From Patescibacteria group bacterium (GTDB taxonomy: Bacteria; Patescibacteriota; Minisyncoccia; UBA6257; UBA9933): a DNA stretch of 64,000 nt. The stretch spans positions 51,798 to 115,797 of the forward strand of contig JBBTRV010000004.1 in NCBI GenBank assembly GCA_038065035.1, given 5' to 3'. Each line of letters begins with the position of its first letter. Positions within the stretch are counted from its first letter, which is position 1. The position numbers were made by a program, and so were the translations under genes. Shown here piece by piece: positions 26,140 to 35,319 of the stretch. The notes below the pieces were generated by a model. The model was not told where the DNA came from and did not search any database. It saw only the letters and a list, made by a program, of their open reading frames with translations.

Positions 26140-29100
26140 ATGTTTAAAAAAATATTGGTTTATTTTTTTATATTTGGCCTTTTTGGTTTTTTGCCTTCAT
26201 TTAAAAACGTTTCCGCGTATGACGATAAAACAACTCATCCGGCCCTAACCGACGAAATAGTAGATTTTTACAATCTTTCTTTTCCAGAAAAACAAATTAT
26301 TCTTCAGCAAAAAGAATGGATTATTGAAGGCAGTATTTTGGAAGACACGCCGCCGAGATGGATAAACCATTTTTACGACCCAATTTATAAGATTGGCTGG
26401 TCTGGAGAATATGCCGGCAAATACGACGCTGAAACAGTGCAAATAGTTTCGCAAAATCTTATTGCGCCATATGGCATTACTCCGGTTTCTTCACTAGAGT
26501 GGCTTCATAATAATCAATTGCAAGCGCGTTACTGGCTTTATGAGGGCGTCAAGACGTGGGAACGGGGAATTTTAGAAATGATTAAGGGCAATGAGGAAAA
26601 ATCTTATAAAATTTTGGGTTATATTTTGCATCTCATAGAAGATGCTTCTGTGCCAGACCATACAAGAAATGATACTCACGCTCATGAGCTTGAAGGCGTT
26701 ACGGGCGATTACGGCTCTCCTTACGAAGAATATTTAAAACAATACACTCGCCAGAATTTAAATATTGCTGCCGGTTTTTATCAGCAGGGATTGAGGCCGA
26801 TTGTAAGAAATACAATTGATGAATATTTGATTTCTTTGGCTGAATATTCCAATAAATATTTTTTCTCAAAAGACACGATTAACGACCCTAAATATGAGAA
26901 TCCGAAAATTACCAGAAAAGATGATAATTTCGGATATGGGAAAGACGAAAGCGGAAAAGAGTTCCCGCTGGCGCTTATAGATACTATAAAAAATGAAAAT
27001 AAAGAAGATATTAAAATATATTCCCTCTTAAATGAAAAAAAATATTATCCCATCTTAAGCGCTTATTTTTCCCGACTTTCCCGCCAAGCGGTTTCAAACG
27101 GCGCAGGCGTTATAGAATTTTTTCGCAATGAAATCGCATCTAAAAAAGAATATCCATCTCATCTTATAACCTATGACTTTTCTATACTTAATTATTTTGA
27201 AATTCCCGTAATTTCCGTAGCCGGAGAATCAATTAAGATAGTAAACGCCGCCAGCTCCTTGTTGGGGCAAATTAGTTCAGTGATTAGCGGCGTTAGTTCT
27301 TCTATTGGCGGTTTTTTCTCAAATATTTTAAGCTTGGACGATTTCAATAATTCAAATAATTCCAATAATGCTAATTTCAACATTGATTCAAACGTTGCCA
27401 ACAATTCAAACTCTTTTAATTCTAATTCTGATATTTTAGAAATAATTATTAATGATACCGCTATGCAATTGCATAGCGGCGCCGATAGCAATGAAAGTGT
27501 TGTGTTTGACGTGTTAGCGTTAAATATAACTGATTCATTTATTTCTCAAAATAATAAATTAGCACAGTTGGCGCAAATACGAGCCCAGTTAAACGAAATT
27601 CAAGACAGGGCAGAATATCTTAATCAGCAAATTCAATCTTTGGCCGCGCAATCCTCTAATGCCAATCCGTCGCCAGTTATTTTTGCCTTTGGTGGAGGCG
27701 GAGGCGGTGGTACCCCTGTTATTTTATCAACATCAGAGAACAATACTTCGTCAGAAAACAATGCTTCAACTGAAGATCGGCAATCAGACGATCAACAGCA
27801 AATACCTCAAGACATTCAAGATTTTCAGCAAAATTCAACTTCCACTGATCAAAACGCTTCTTCAACAGCAACTTCAACCATAATTGTTCCCTTATTAAAT
27901 CATTTAGTTATTAGCGAGATTCAGATTTTCGGCGATAAAGCAGATGATGAATTTATTGAAATTTATAATTCCACCTCTGAAATTATTTCTTTAGATAATT
28001 ACTCTATCCAGTATTTAAGCGGTTTGGCGACTTCTACGGAGAAAATCGGCAATACTAAAAAGAATTTTAAAAATAACGCTCAAATCGCTCCTTATGGTTT
28101 TTATCTTCTGGCGCAAAACGACGGCGTTTTTGCTTCTCAAGCTGATATGACTTACAGTTTTTCGCTTTCAGGAAACGAAAGCGGCGCCAGCGTGTTTCTA
28201 ATAAAATCCAACAGTCCTATTAGTAGCTTAGATGATTCAGATATTGTTGATTATATTTCTTATGGAGAAGTTAGTTTAGTCGGCGTTTCTACTTCAACAA
28301 TGCCTTTGGCTAGCCAGAGTCTTGAAAGAAAATCTTGGCAAGATAACCAATGCGTTACCGCAAGCAGTAACAACAAATTTGCGGGCAATGGCTGCGATAC
28401 AGATGATAATAATTTTGATTTTGAAATTCGCCAAATACCGCATCCGCAAAATTCTTCAAGTTTGCCCGAGCCGAGAAACGACCCGACAGCGCCGCAAAAC
28501 TTTAATATTCAATATTCGTCAAGTGCTAATGAATTGATTTTTAATTGGTCGGAGTCGCAGGACTATAGCGGTTCAACTTCAATATTAACTTATAAACTTC
28601 AAGAAATTAATAATTTTTTTTCCAGCTTGCTGTTCATTGAAACAACTTCCACAAATGCCGCTATCGTAATATCTGAATTCGGCAGAAATTATGAATTTGA
28701 TATTCTGGTTTTTGATAAGGACGGTTTGGAATCAGCGACTTCATCGGCAAATATTTATGTTGATGAGTTGCAGACGCTAAACGCAACTTCCAGCGATTAT
28801 TCAGCTACTTCCACTCAAATTTTATTGCCTCAATTAGATGAATCATCAAGTTCTATTGGCGGCGCTTGGATATATCAGGAGTTTGGCAATGGGATTTCAG
28901 GAAAATTGCAAAGTCTTGAATTCAAGATGTATACAGGGAGCGCTTGTTTATGGTTTTCTTTTCAGGAATTTAATGATTCGGGATATACTCAGTTGGCGCG
29001 CGAATTTACGGGGCAGGAATCTAATGCTACACCCTATTTTGTTTTAAGAAAAGAAGATGGTTCTTTGTTTAATTACGGCGAGTGCGTTAATTACGGCGGA

Positions 29101-29370
29101 AAAATAACGCTTGAATTTATTGGTGATATAGAAATCAATCCGGATAAATATTACAGATTGCATCTTAATACCGGAGATGCGTCACGATATGCCTCATTTA
29201 TAGGAAGCGTTTCTGATGTTGGTTTTGGAAATTTCAGGGAATGTATTTTGAAATCAGATGTTGCTAATGGCATAGTTTTTCGCTGGCAAGATTGTCAAGC
29301 GCCAGATTTTGACATTTATTTTGTTTTAAAAGGAATAGTAATTAACGCGAATTTGCCGATACAGCAATAA
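26140..29370 (+). CDS. Giant secreted protein: N-terminal Zn-dependent phospholipase C / S1-P1-like domain, poly-Asn/Ser linker, Lamin-Tail Domain, FN3-like segment
   Basis: Signal or TM segment; HLIEDASVPDHTRNDTHAHE resembles the PLC Zn-site HxxxD...PxH. LTD signature ISEIQIFG...DEFIEIYNST (27900-28270). PTAPQNF...W fibronectin-like region. Confidence 0.55.
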   Translation: MFKKILVYFFIFGLFGFLPSFKNVSAYDDKTTHPALTDEIVDFYNLSFPEKQIILQQKEWIIEGSILEDTPPRWINHFYDPIYKIGWSGEYAGKYDAETVQIVSQNLIAPYGITPVSSLEWLHNNQLQARYWLYEGVKTWERGILEMIKGNEEKSYKILGYILHLIEDASVPDHTRNDTHAHELEGVTGDYGSPYEEYLKQYTRQNLNIAAGFYQQGLRPIVRNTIDEYLISLAEYSNKYFFSKDTINDPKYENPKITRKDDNFGYGKDESGKEFPLALIDTIKNENKEDIKIYSLLNEKKYYPILSAYFSRLSRQAVSNGAGVIEFFRNEIASKKEYPSHLITYDFSILNYFEIPVISVAGESIKIVNAASSLLGQISSVISGVSSSIGGFFSNILSLDDFNNSNNSNNANFNIDSNVANNSNSFNSNSDILEIIINDTAMQLHSGADSNESVVFDVLALNITDSFISQNNKLAQLAQIRAQLNEIQDRAEYLNQQIQSLAAQSSNANPSPVIFAFGGGGGGGTPVILSTSENNTSSENNASTEDRQSDDQQQIPQDIQDFQQNSTSTDQNASSTATSTIIVPLLNHLVISEIQIFGDKADDEFIEIYNSTSEIISLDNYSIQYLSGLATSTEKIGNTKKNFKNNAQIAPYGFYLLAQNDGVFASQADMTYSFSLSGNESGASVFLIKSNSPISSLDDSDIVDYISYGEVSLVGVSTSTMPLASQSLERKSWQDNQCVTASSNNKFAGNGCDTDDNNFDFEIRQIPHPQNSSSLPEPRNDPTAPQNFNIQYSSSANELIFNWSESQDYSGSTSILTYKLQEINNFFSSLLFIETTSTNAAIVISEFGRNYEFDILVFDKDGLESATSSANIYVDELQTLNATSSDYSATSTQILLPQLDESSSSIGGAWIYQEFGNGISGKLQSLEFKMYTGSACLWFSFQEFNDSGYTQLAREFTGQESNATPYFVLRKEDGSLFNYGECVNYGGKITLEFIGDIEINPDKYYRLHLNTGDASRYASFIGSVSDVGFGNFRECILKSDVANGIVFRWQDCQAPDFDIYFVLKGIVINANLPIQQ

Positions 29371-29879
29371 TGATTGTCATTCTTCATAATATCCGTAGTT
29401 TATATAACGTCGGCTCTATTTTCCGCACCGCTGATACCGTCGAAGTTTCTAAAATTTATTTATGCGGCATTACGCCGAAGCCGGTTGATGAATTCGGCTG
29501 GCCGAGAGAGCAATTAACAAAAGTTTCTTTAGGTGCTGAAAAATATGTTGAGTGGGAGCATTGTAAATCAACCGCGCGTTTGATTGATAAACTAAAAAAA
29601 GAAAAATATAAAATTTTCGCCATTGAACAATCAAAAAAATCAATTCCGTATTATAAAACAAAGTGTAAAGAGCAAATTAGCAAAATTGCATTGGTTTTAG
29701 GGAATGAAGTTAATGGTTTGTCGCAATCAATCCTGAGCCGCGCCGATAAGATTCTAGAAATTCCAATGAAGGGGGCAATGGTTCGACAAGCTCACCATCC
29801 GCGACGCATTGGTCGCGGAAAAGAATCGCTTAATGTGTCGGTGGTGTTTGGCATTATTGCTTTTAATTTGATAAACTAA
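29370..29879 (+). CDS. SpoU/TrmH-family RNA 2'-O-methyltransferase
   Basis: IVILHNIRSLYNVGSIFRTAD and LVLGNEVNGLSQSIL...ILEIPMKG SPOUT motifs. Confidence 0.75.
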   Translation: MIVILHNIRSLYNVGSIFRTADTVEVSKIYLCGITPKPVDEFGWPREQLTKVSLGAEKYVEWEHCKSTARLIDKLKKEKYKIFAIEQSKKSIPYYKTKCKEQISKIALVLGNEVNGLSQSILSRADKILEIPMKGAMVRQAHHPRRIGRGKESLNVSVVFGIIAFNLIN

Positions 29880-29886
29880 GAATGAC

Positions 29887-30933
29887 ATGCGTTTTTTTTA
29901 TTTTTTTATCTTTTTACTGATTTTGCTGGGAGCCGCCGGTTATCTTTATTTTAGCCGGCAATACGTCAGTTTTTTATCAAGCGCGCAATCGGCGAGCTTG
30001 CAGGCGAATATTTTGGCTTTAAAAGATTACGCGATTAAAAAACGGATACTGGAAGAAGTGCCGGCAGAAGAAAAACCGCTCACCATGGTTTTTGTCGGCG
30101 ATATAATGTTAGACAGAGGTGTGGAAGCGATTATCGGCAATTATGAAAATTACCGCTATCCGTTTTTAAAAACTTTTGAAATATTAAAATCCGCAGATTT
30201 AGCTTTCGGCAACTTAGAAGGACCAATTTCCAAAAATGGCGAAAAGCAAGGCAGTATTTATTCTTTTCGTTTTGAACCGCAAGCGATTGATGGCCTGAAA
30301 TTTGCCGGTTTTGATGTTTTGTCTTTGGCGAATAATCACATTTTGGACTATGGTCGGAAAGCTCTTGAAGATACTGTTTTAATTTTGAAAGAAAATAGTA
30401 TTATTCCCATTGGCGCTGGTGAAAATTATTTAGAGGCGAATAGTCCCATAATAAAAGAGATTAGTGGCGTGAAAATCGCTTTTTTGAGCTACGCTTTGAT
30501 GAATCCGAAAAGTTATGAGGCGAGCAAAGATTATTCCGGTATCAGTTCGTTTGAATTAGAACGAGTGGAAAATGAAGTTAAAATGATTAAAACATTGAGC
30601 ATTGCTGATATTGTCGTTGTTTCTTTTCATTGGGGAGAAGAATACCAGACTCGTTCTAATAAAAAACAGCAGGAAATCGGCCGCGCATTGGCTGAAGCCG
30701 GAGCGGATTTAATTATCGGCCATCATCCGCATGTGGTTCAGGAACTGGAGCGTTATAAAAACAGCTGGATTGCTTATAGTTTGGGTAATTTTATTTTCGA
30801 CCAGAATTTTTCCGATGAAACAATGAACGGGTTGATGCTTAAAGCGGAAATTCAGGATAAAAAAATAAAAATCGTTGAGCCGATTGATCTAAAAATCGGC
30901 GGCGATTTCCAGCCGCAGATTATTCAGCGGTGA
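29887..30933 (+). CDS. CapA/PgsA-family metallophosphatase-like protein
   Basis: VFVGDIMLDRGV, LANNH and GHHPHV motifs. N-terminal signal/TM. Confidence 0.75.
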   Translation: MRFFYFFIFLLILLGAAGYLYFSRQYVSFLSSAQSASLQANILALKDYAIKKRILEEVPAEEKPLTMVFVGDIMLDRGVEAIIGNYENYRYPFLKTFEILKSADLAFGNLEGPISKNGEKQGSIYSFRFEPQAIDGLKFAGFDVLSLANNHILDYGRKALEDTVLILKENSIIPIGAGENYLEANSPIIKEISGVKIAFLSYALMNPKSYEASKDYSGISSFELERVENEVKMIKTLSIADIVVVSFHWGEEYQTRSNKKQQEIGRALAEAGADLIIGHHPHVVQELERYKNSWIAYSLGNFIFDQNFSDETMNGLMLKAEIQDKKIKIVEPIDLKIGGDFQPQIIQR

Positions 30934-30952
30934 TTGTTTTGGAACGCGCGAT

Positions 30953-31417
30953 GTGGTATCATTAAAAATAATGATTAATTTTGATATTGAAGATTTGAAG
31001 AAGCAAATTACGCCAATTGCTGAATCGCACAATCTTTTATTAGTGGTGATTCATGGCTCTTTTGTTACCGGTAAAAATAAAATTGGCAGCGATTTGGATA
31101 TCGCTATTTTAGGAAAGAAGTTAATTCAATTTGATGAATTGCTGGAAATACACGGCGATTTCGCGAAAATTTTCGGCGATAATCGCGAACGCGAGCTGGA
31201 TTTAAAATCTTTGCATGATGTCAATCCCTTATTTCGTTTTGAAGTAATGAGAGACAGCGTTTTGCTTTATGGTAAAACAGCGGATTATTATGCTTTTAAG
31301 GCTTACGCTTTCCGGGATTTTCAGGAGAGCAAAAGCCTTTTTGGTTTATTGGATAAATTAATTCATAAAAGACAAAAGTATTTTATGGAAAATTATACTA
31401 CTAGGCATGTTAGATAA
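30953..31417 (+). CDS. MNT-type nucleotidyltransferase (MntA-like antitoxin)
   Basis: HGSFVTGKNKIGSDLDIAIL is a Pol-beta NTase GS...DxD motif. Confidence 0.65.
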   Translation: MVSLKIMINFDIEDLKKQITPIAESHNLLLVVIHGSFVTGKNKIGSDLDIAILGKKLIQFDELLEIHGDFAKIFGDNRERELDLKSLHDVNPLFRFEVMRDSVLLYGKTADYYAFKAYAFRDFQESKSLFGLLDKLIHKRQKYFMENYTTRHVR

Positions 31418-31841
31418 AGAATTTATTAAGATTAAAATTGAATATATCCAAAGAGATTTAAACAGATTAGAAGTGATGCGCGACTTGACGATAGATGAAA
31501 TTGCTAAGGATTTCATCAAATATGGAGCCCTTAAAAATTTTTTAGTGGAAATAATAGGCCGCGCTATTGATATTAATGAACATATTATAGCTGAAGCGGG
31601 CAATGTAAAATTAGAAGCGCCGTTGAAATATCGGGAAACTTTTTTGCGGCTGATTGACCTTGATATTTTGCCGCCTGATTTTGCCGATGAAATAGCCGGA
31701 AGCGCGAGATTGAGAAATGCCATTGTTCACGATTACAATACTTTGGATAAATATTTTCTTGATAAGAAAATGAGCATAATAATTCAGCAATACGCGCAAT
31801 ACTGCGATTATATTTTAAAATTTTTAGAAAAAGCTAAGTGA
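31407..31841 (+). CDS. HepT-like HEPN RNase toxin (DUF86)
   Basis: RNAIVHDY matches the Rx4HxY HEPN motif. It overlaps the MNT gene by 11 nt. Confidence 0.65.
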   Translation: MLDKEFIKIKIEYIQRDLNRLEVMRDLTIDEIAKDFIKYGALKNFLVEIIGRAIDINEHIIAEAGNVKLEAPLKYRETFLRLIDLDILPPDFADEIAGSARLRNAIVHDYNTLDKYFLDKKMSIIIQQYAQYCDYILKFLEKAK

Positions 31842-31863
31842 GGATTATCCACAGCTAGGCCTA

Positions 31864-33735
31864 TTGCGAGGGGGCGTTAATGGTAAAATTAAATATATGA
31901 AAAAATACTTATTTATCGTTTCGTTAGTGGTCGCAGTTATATTAATATTGCCAAATATTTCTTTGGCGCAAACAGGCGGAATGTCTTCGATTTCAACTGC
32001 TGATTTGCAAGCGCAAATTGCCGCTTTATTGGCGCAGATTCAGGCTTTGCAAACGCAGATATCTCAGCAAGAGCCGGAAAAATGGTGCTATGATTTTAAA
32101 TATAACTTAAACGCCCAAAGCCGCGGCAAGGAGGTTGGTCAGCTTCAGACTGCTTTGGAAAAAGAAGGTTTTGAAATTAATTCGTATGAAAAAACCAACC
32201 AAATTTTTGACGAATCGACTGCTGACGCGGTAATCGGCTTCCAGCAAAAATATAAAGATGAAATCTTAAATCCTTATAATCTTAAATACGGCACCGGCTT
32301 TGTCGGCAAATCAACCAGAGCAAAATTAAATTCTCTTTACGGTTGCGGAGTAATTCAACCACCGCCAGTGTCAACAACTCCCTCTATTACGGTCCTTTCG
32401 CCCAATGGCGGAGAGGTGTGGGAAATTGGAAAGTCTTATTATATCAGATGGAAATCTTTAAATTTAAACAGTAGCGACAGAATCTATATTGATATAGTAC
32501 CTTATGATGAAGTTATTACAGGTAATCGGAGTAATGTTGTTTATCAAATTACGTCAGATATAACAAATTCAAATGATTATTATTGGATCATTCCTTCTGA
32601 TGCTAAAGCTCTTATAGGAAGTGTTTATAAAATACGAGTTATGACAATAAATGGGAATGTTGGAGATCTAAGCGATACGTCGTTCAGCATTGTGGCGGCT
32701 AATACCGCAACTCAGCCGATTTTATCAATTTCTCCGACAGATATTAAAATCACCATTGGAAATAATTTTTTAAACACTTATCAATTCACCGGCGCAGTTT
32801 CTAATGCCGCTCCCAATAGCGACGTCAAATTATATCTTCAAAGACCCAATGGCACGGTGAAATATGAAAATTATTATGTCGGCAGAACGGATTCAAACGG
32901 AGTTCTTAAAGTCAATACTACACAAACCATTCCTAATGCGTATTGTTGCACTTATTCAGCTTGGGTAGTGGTTGGAGGGCAAAAATCAAACGTAGTAAAT
33001 ATCAATGTAACTTTTGCAACAGCTCAACCCTCCATCACCATTCTTTCGCCGAATAGCGGGGAAATATGGAGTAAGGGAACTACTCAAACAATTAAATGGA
33101 ATTCTTTAAATAATAATTATGTAATTGTTGATTTGGTGCAGGGCATAAATAATACATTTATTAGAAGTATTTCTACTAGTATTTCAGCTGCGGCTTTACA
33201 ACTTAGCTGGCAAATTCCATTTGATATCCCTGATGGCAATGATTATAAAATTCGTATAACAAATGGTACGGATAGTGCATCAAATCTATATACATATGAT
33301 TACAGCGACGTTTCGTTTAGCATTATGGCTCCCGCTTCTTCCAACCCATATATTACAGTTGTTACACCAAATGGTGGGGAGGATTTGAGAATAGGAAATA
33401 TACATAGGATAAAATGGAATTCTGATTTAAAAATTGATAAGGTTTCTATAATGCTTACAAGCGATACTAATATCGGCAATTGGATAGTTACAAATATTGC
33501 AAATACGGGCTATTATGACTGGAATGTGTCAAAGTGGAATACTAACAGCACTCAATTTAAAATCAGGATTATCGTTTATCAAACAGGCGTTGGATCATGG
33601 GAAGATACTAGCGATAATTTGTTTAATATAATATTAGGGGATATAGGTGCGACATCCGCGAAAACTCAAGTGGCCTCTATTCTGCAATCTGCTGAAAAAA
33701 TATTGGCTGATATGTTTAATTATCTGGCGAGATAA
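31864..33735 (+). CDS. Secreted protein with a peptidoglycan-binding (PG_binding_1-like) domain and three tandem ~100-aa Ser/Thr-rich beta repeats
   Basis: Signal peptide (likely start 31897). GKEVGQLQTALEKEGF...VIGFQQKY motif. Repeats ITVLSPNGGEVW.../ITILSPNSGEIW.../ITVVTPNGGEDL.... Confidence 0.55.
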   Translation: MRGGVNGKIKYMKKYLFIVSLVVAVILILPNISLAQTGGMSSISTADLQAQIAALLAQIQALQTQISQQEPEKWCYDFKYNLNAQSRGKEVGQLQTALEKEGFEINSYEKTNQIFDESTADAVIGFQQKYKDEILNPYNLKYGTGFVGKSTRAKLNSLYGCGVIQPPPVSTTPSITVLSPNGGEVWEIGKSYYIRWKSLNLNSSDRIYIDIVPYDEVITGNRSNVVYQITSDITNSNDYYWIIPSDAKALIGSVYKIRVMTINGNVGDLSDTSFSIVAANTATQPILSISPTDIKITIGNNFLNTYQFTGAVSNAAPNSDVKLYLQRPNGTVKYENYYVGRTDSNGVLKVNTTQTIPNAYCCTYSAWVVVGGQKSNVVNINVTFATAQPSITILSPNSGEIWSKGTTQTIKWNSLNNNYVIVDLVQGINNTFIRSISTSISAAALQLSWQIPFDIPDGNDYKIRITNGTDSASNLYTYDYSDVSFSIMAPASSNPYITVVTPNGGEDLRIGNIHRIKWNSDLKIDKVSIMLTSDTNIGNWIVTNIANTGYYDWNVSKWNTNSTQFKIRIIVYQTGVGSWEDTSDNLFNIILGDIGATSAKTQVASILQSAEKILADMFNYLAR

Positions 33736-33873
33736 AATTTTACAATTAGTAAGGAAATGGCAGAAAAATAAAATTCCCGATAGCGGGATTTTATTTTTTA
33801 AAAAAATCAGTATAATTTTAAATATGCTTATTTACATAGGCGTGGACCATTATGAAAATTATCAATAAATTAT

Positions 33874-34449
33874 ATGCAAAGCGATTTGGGAAAAAATGTT
33901 TATAGATGGGTTAGCGCGAGAATAGAAGACGTTGATGTTCAAAGTGAGTATTCTTGCGGTACGCGGGATATTTTTCAAGCGCGATTAGAAAAAATGGCGC
34001 AAGAATTGATAAAAGGCGGTGGTATTACGGAAAATGATATTTATATTGTTTCCGCGATAACGGGAGAAATAGGCAATAATTCTTTTGACCATAATTTGGG
34101 AAGTTGGCCGGATATGGCAGGCGTGTTCTTCGGATATTTTTTAGAAAATAGAAAATTAAAGATTGTTTTAGCTGATAGAGGGCAGGGAGTTTTAGCAACA
34201 TTAAAAAGAGTGAGGCCTGAATTAAAAAACGACTCCGAAGCGTTAAAAACTGCTTTTACGGAAAAAGTTTCCGGTCGAGCGCCGGAAAACAGAGGAAATG
34301 GATTAAAATTCGTTAAAGAAAACGTAGAAGAAAGAAAAATGCATTTAATATTTATCTCCGGAAATGCTAAAATAGAATTGAATGAAAAAATGGAAATAAA
34401 AACAACCGATGAAAGCATTCGCGGCTGTTTGGCGATTTTGTCGGTATGA
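33874..34449 (+). CDS. Stand-alone GHKL/HATPase_c ATPase (anti-sigma-factor-type Ser kinase-like)
   Basis: N-box EIGNNSFDH, G1 ADRGQGV and G2 NRGNGLKFV motifs. No histidine-kinase HisKA domain. Confidence 0.6.
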   Translation: MQSDLGKNVYRWVSARIEDVDVQSEYSCGTRDIFQARLEKMAQELIKGGGITENDIYIVSAITGEIGNNSFDHNLGSWPDMAGVFFGYFLENRKLKIVLADRGQGVLATLKRVRPELKNDSEALKTAFTEKVSGRAPENRGNGLKFVKENVEERKMHLIFISGNAKIELNEKMEIKTTDESIRGCLAILSV

Positions 34450-34452
34450 CGC

Positions 34453-34583
34453 GCCCCCACACCAAACGAGTTTTAAATAATGTGGGGGAAACTAAAATAA
34501 AAATATGAGTGAAAATTTAGTTTTACGCTTAAATATAATTAAAGTGTAAAAATAAATATAAACTCGTTGTGGTGTGAGGGTGA
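34453..34583 (+). promoter_or_regulatory. Imperfect long-range inverted repeat plus a local hairpin between the HATPase and STAS-like genes. The downstream arm covers the GTG start at 34574
   Basis: cccccacaccaaacgagtt (34455-34473). tgtggggg (34481-34488). aactcgttgtggtgtgaggg (34561-34580) is the reverse complement of the first with 18/20 matches. Confidence 0.35.
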
Positions 34584-34861
34584 AAATAGAGCTAAAAAAA
34601 TTCGGTGAGATGCTGATTTCTCGGCCAGCCGGCAGGGAGGCCTATTTGGCTATGTTGGCGTATAATTTGAAAAATATTGACGAAAACGAAGTCATTGAAA
34701 TTGATTTTTCCGGAGTTAAAGTTTTAACGCCATCATGGGCTGATGAAGTAATCACAAAAATTGTTAATGAATTTAAAAATGTGAAATTAATTAATATTGA
34801 AAATCCCACGGCGCAAGCGACTTTAAAAACGCTGCGGGAATACTCTGGCTTAAAAATTTGA
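34574..34861 (+). CDS. STAS-like small protein (DUF4325-type), GTG start
   Basis: 95 aa ending four bp before rpiB. Resemblance to STAS/anti-sigma-antagonist-like folds, with pairing to the HATPase gene. This is a low-certainty call. Confidence 0.4.
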   Translation: MRVKIELKKFGEMLISRPAGREAYLAMLAYNLKNIDENEVIEIDFSGVKVLTPSWADEVITKIVNEFKNVKLINIENPTAQATLKTLREYSGLKI

Positions 34862-34865
34862 AATT

Positions 34866-35318
34866 ATGCTTATTTACATCGGAGCGGACCATCGGGGATT
34901 TAATTTGAAAGAATCCCTTAAAAAATTTTTAAAAGACAGCGGATATGAGGTGATTGATGTCGGCAATGACCATTATGATAAAGATGATGATTATCCTGAT
35001 TTTGCGGCTTTGGCGGCGCGGGCGGTTTCTCAGGATTCAATAAATCGTCGGGGAGTTTTAATTTGCGGTTCTGGTTCGGGAATGAATATTATAGCGAATA
35101 AATTTAATGGCGTGCGTTCTGTTTTAGCAAGCAGTCTGGAACAGGCAAAATTAAGCCGCAATGACGGCGATAGCAATGTTTTGTCTTTATCCGCTAGTTT
35201 TTTAAACGAAGAACAGGCAAAAGAAATTTTGGATATTTGGCTGAAAACGCCATTTTCCGAAGAAGATAGGCATAAAAGACGCCTTGCAAAAATAAGCGAA
35301 ATAGAAAATAATTTATAA
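34866..35318 (+). CDS. rpiB: Ribose-5-phosphate isomerase B
   Basis: [12 protein letters not shown]...[15 protein letters not shown] is the RpiB/LacAB signature. Confidence 0.85.
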   Translation: MLIYIGADHRGFNLKESLKKFLKDSGYEVIDVGNDHYDKDDDYPDFAALAARAVSQDSINRRGVLICGSGSGMNIIANKFNGVRSVLASSLEQAKLSRNDGDSNVLSLSASFLNEEQAKEILDIWLKTPFSEEDRHKRRLAKISEIENNL

Positions 35319-35319
35319 G

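Noticed and set aside
25204-29370. Integrated prophage or integrative element at tRNA-Glu
   Set aside because: No integrase, no recognisable att direct repeat of the tRNA 3' end, and no phage structural genes. Only an AbrB-like remnant and accessory surface genes are present.
33647-33868. 73-aa ORF at the 3' end of the PG-binding protein gene
   Set aside because: It overlaps the end of a well-supported gene in another frame. Its only meaningful part is the duplicated rpiB start (MLIYIGVDH…), which is reported as an insertion footprint instead.
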